Positions 62,531-64,000 of a DNA stretch of 64,000 nucleotides are shown here, piece by piece; position 1 is the first letter of the stretch, and each line of letters begins with the position of its first letter. Made by a program: the position numbers and the translations under genes. The DNA comes from Moniliella sp. 'wahieum' (lineage: Eukaryota). Location of the stretch: contig RSEE01000016.1 of the NCBI GenBank assembly GCA_003971905.1, positions 186,001 to 250,000 of the forward strand, in the 5' to 3' direction. The notes beneath the pieces are model-generated. The model worked only from the letters and a program-made list of their open reading frames with translations. It made no database searches and was not told the origin of the DNA.

Positions 62531-64000
62531 GATAACCCCTTTCCCAGTACCGCTACTGACACGGCTGTTGCAGCTTCGACCAGGTGACGGCATATTGCTG
62601 TCAGTACCTTGGAGGGCAGGAACAAACATCAACCTTTATCCGGGACAATACTACATTAACCTACACAACCTGCTCTCCATCGGGATCGTTTAGGACATGC
62701 TGGCCTGCTTCAACACAGCTACGGCTCAGCATTGTGGGGACTCCCAACCCTGTATTCCCTACAGGACTGTGTAACTCGACTAATTCTGTCACGACCACCC
62801 CAACTTCTTCTCTCAGTACTTCAGCATCCCCTCCTCTCCTTTTGCATGAAGCTTTCGTCCGAAGGAGGGATGCATGTGCGTTGCTTCTGGGTCTCCTCAT
62901 TTCGCTTGGTCTAAGTTGGTTCTGGTGAATTCACTAGTATTTATCCCATTGAACCTAATTACTATTACCTTATCCAGCCTCAATGACACCTTACCCTGCT
63001 GGCATTTGTATCCTCTTTGTCTATTACATCCATTCTTGACTTCTACATCTTGCTTGGTACTCCCCAGAGCTCAGATGTGAGCTAGGATAGGAGCTTCCTG
63101 TATACCATACTCAAGTCAGGCCTAAGCAAGGTAGGCCAGTGGCAGACCCAGACTCAAATCCAGTTCAAGGCGGTTTGATGGCATGATCGGCCCAGAAGCC
63201 TGAGAAGGGCGCAAGAGAGACACTCCAATATTCATTCTCATTGAGCAATAAGGCCAAAGGGGAAAACAGGAAGAGCGAGATGCGAATTCGAAGTGAGAGA
63301 TCAAGTTGCGAAATACCAATATTTGCTTCTTGGCGCATCGTGCACTCATCATTGCGACATGTTGGGGCGGTCCAACTCGTCACGTTTACTTTCGCACATC
63401 CGCAGATATATGTCTCTCTTTCTCGCGTCTTCTCCGGTCACGGGCTCGAATTTCTTCCCCCAGCTGCCAGGATCACTCGCAGCACTGTCTATCACCAGGT
63501 CATCGAGTATACGCTGAGGGTAAGATGCTGATTGAAGTGGTCGAAAATGCTCCCAAGGATGATTGCGACTGCCCGTTCGATGCGGGCATTGAATGGCAAC
63601 CTGGAACAGAGAAACATTGACAACGCATTACGCGACTTGGAGGACATTATGATAGGTATACAGTTCCGATGGGCCTCCTGCCGACGTCCCCGAGAACCAT
63701 ATGTGGGCTTTGGCATCAGATGCACCTTTTGCACGAGATGGACGAGGATGAGCTGTGAGATCGATGAGATCTAATCTCTCCCTGCTATCACAATGAACAA
63801 AAACCTTAATAGTGGCGCTGCATATACCAGTGATTCCAACAAAACAGCCCAACCTTCGCTCCATGCCAGTACCACACACGCATATAACAACCTCTAAACC
63901 AAAAATACTCACCAGGCCTGATATAGTTGGCTCGGTGGTCCTCTTAATCTTGTTGGTAAAATGTGGGGAGTGTGTTATATAGACGTGTGGGGCGGAAAGA

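Overview
Gene-dense, GC-rich fungal nuclear DNA with few, short GT-AG introns. It is most likely a basidiomycete (inferred from protein similarity and gene style). Nearly every gene is broken by single-base indels, including essential ones (RPS5, ATP4, ORC4), which points to uncorrected long-read assembly errors rather than real pseudogenes. Recognisable genes are: the 3' end of a PMR1-type Ca2+ ATPase; a single-module membrane-bound NRPS-like enzyme (acyl-adenylation + carrier + three TM/left-handed beta-helix repeats, Pls-like architecture); mitoribosomal MRPL17 and RML2; a divergent RPS5/RPS28 pair; NUDCD1; an AAAP amino-acid transporter; ORC4; an intron-containing tRNA-Glu(CTC); an ACU-like type IIC P-ATPase; a C2H2 + fungal-TF-domain regulator; an ArfGAP; a LIM-RhoGAP; and ATP4. 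Repeats and mobile DNA include two related solo LTRs (one with a perfect 5-bp TSD) and a copia-derived Gag-RT-RNaseH locus that lacks protease, integrase and LTRs but carries a spliceosomal intron. Two paralogous orphan genes sit in inverted orientation with a near-identical 5' block. The most unusual signal is a pervasive intergenic repeat grammar: period-7 arrays of T(C/G)A plus a variable 4-bp palindrome (at least 12 different cores). These arrays lie almost only between genes.
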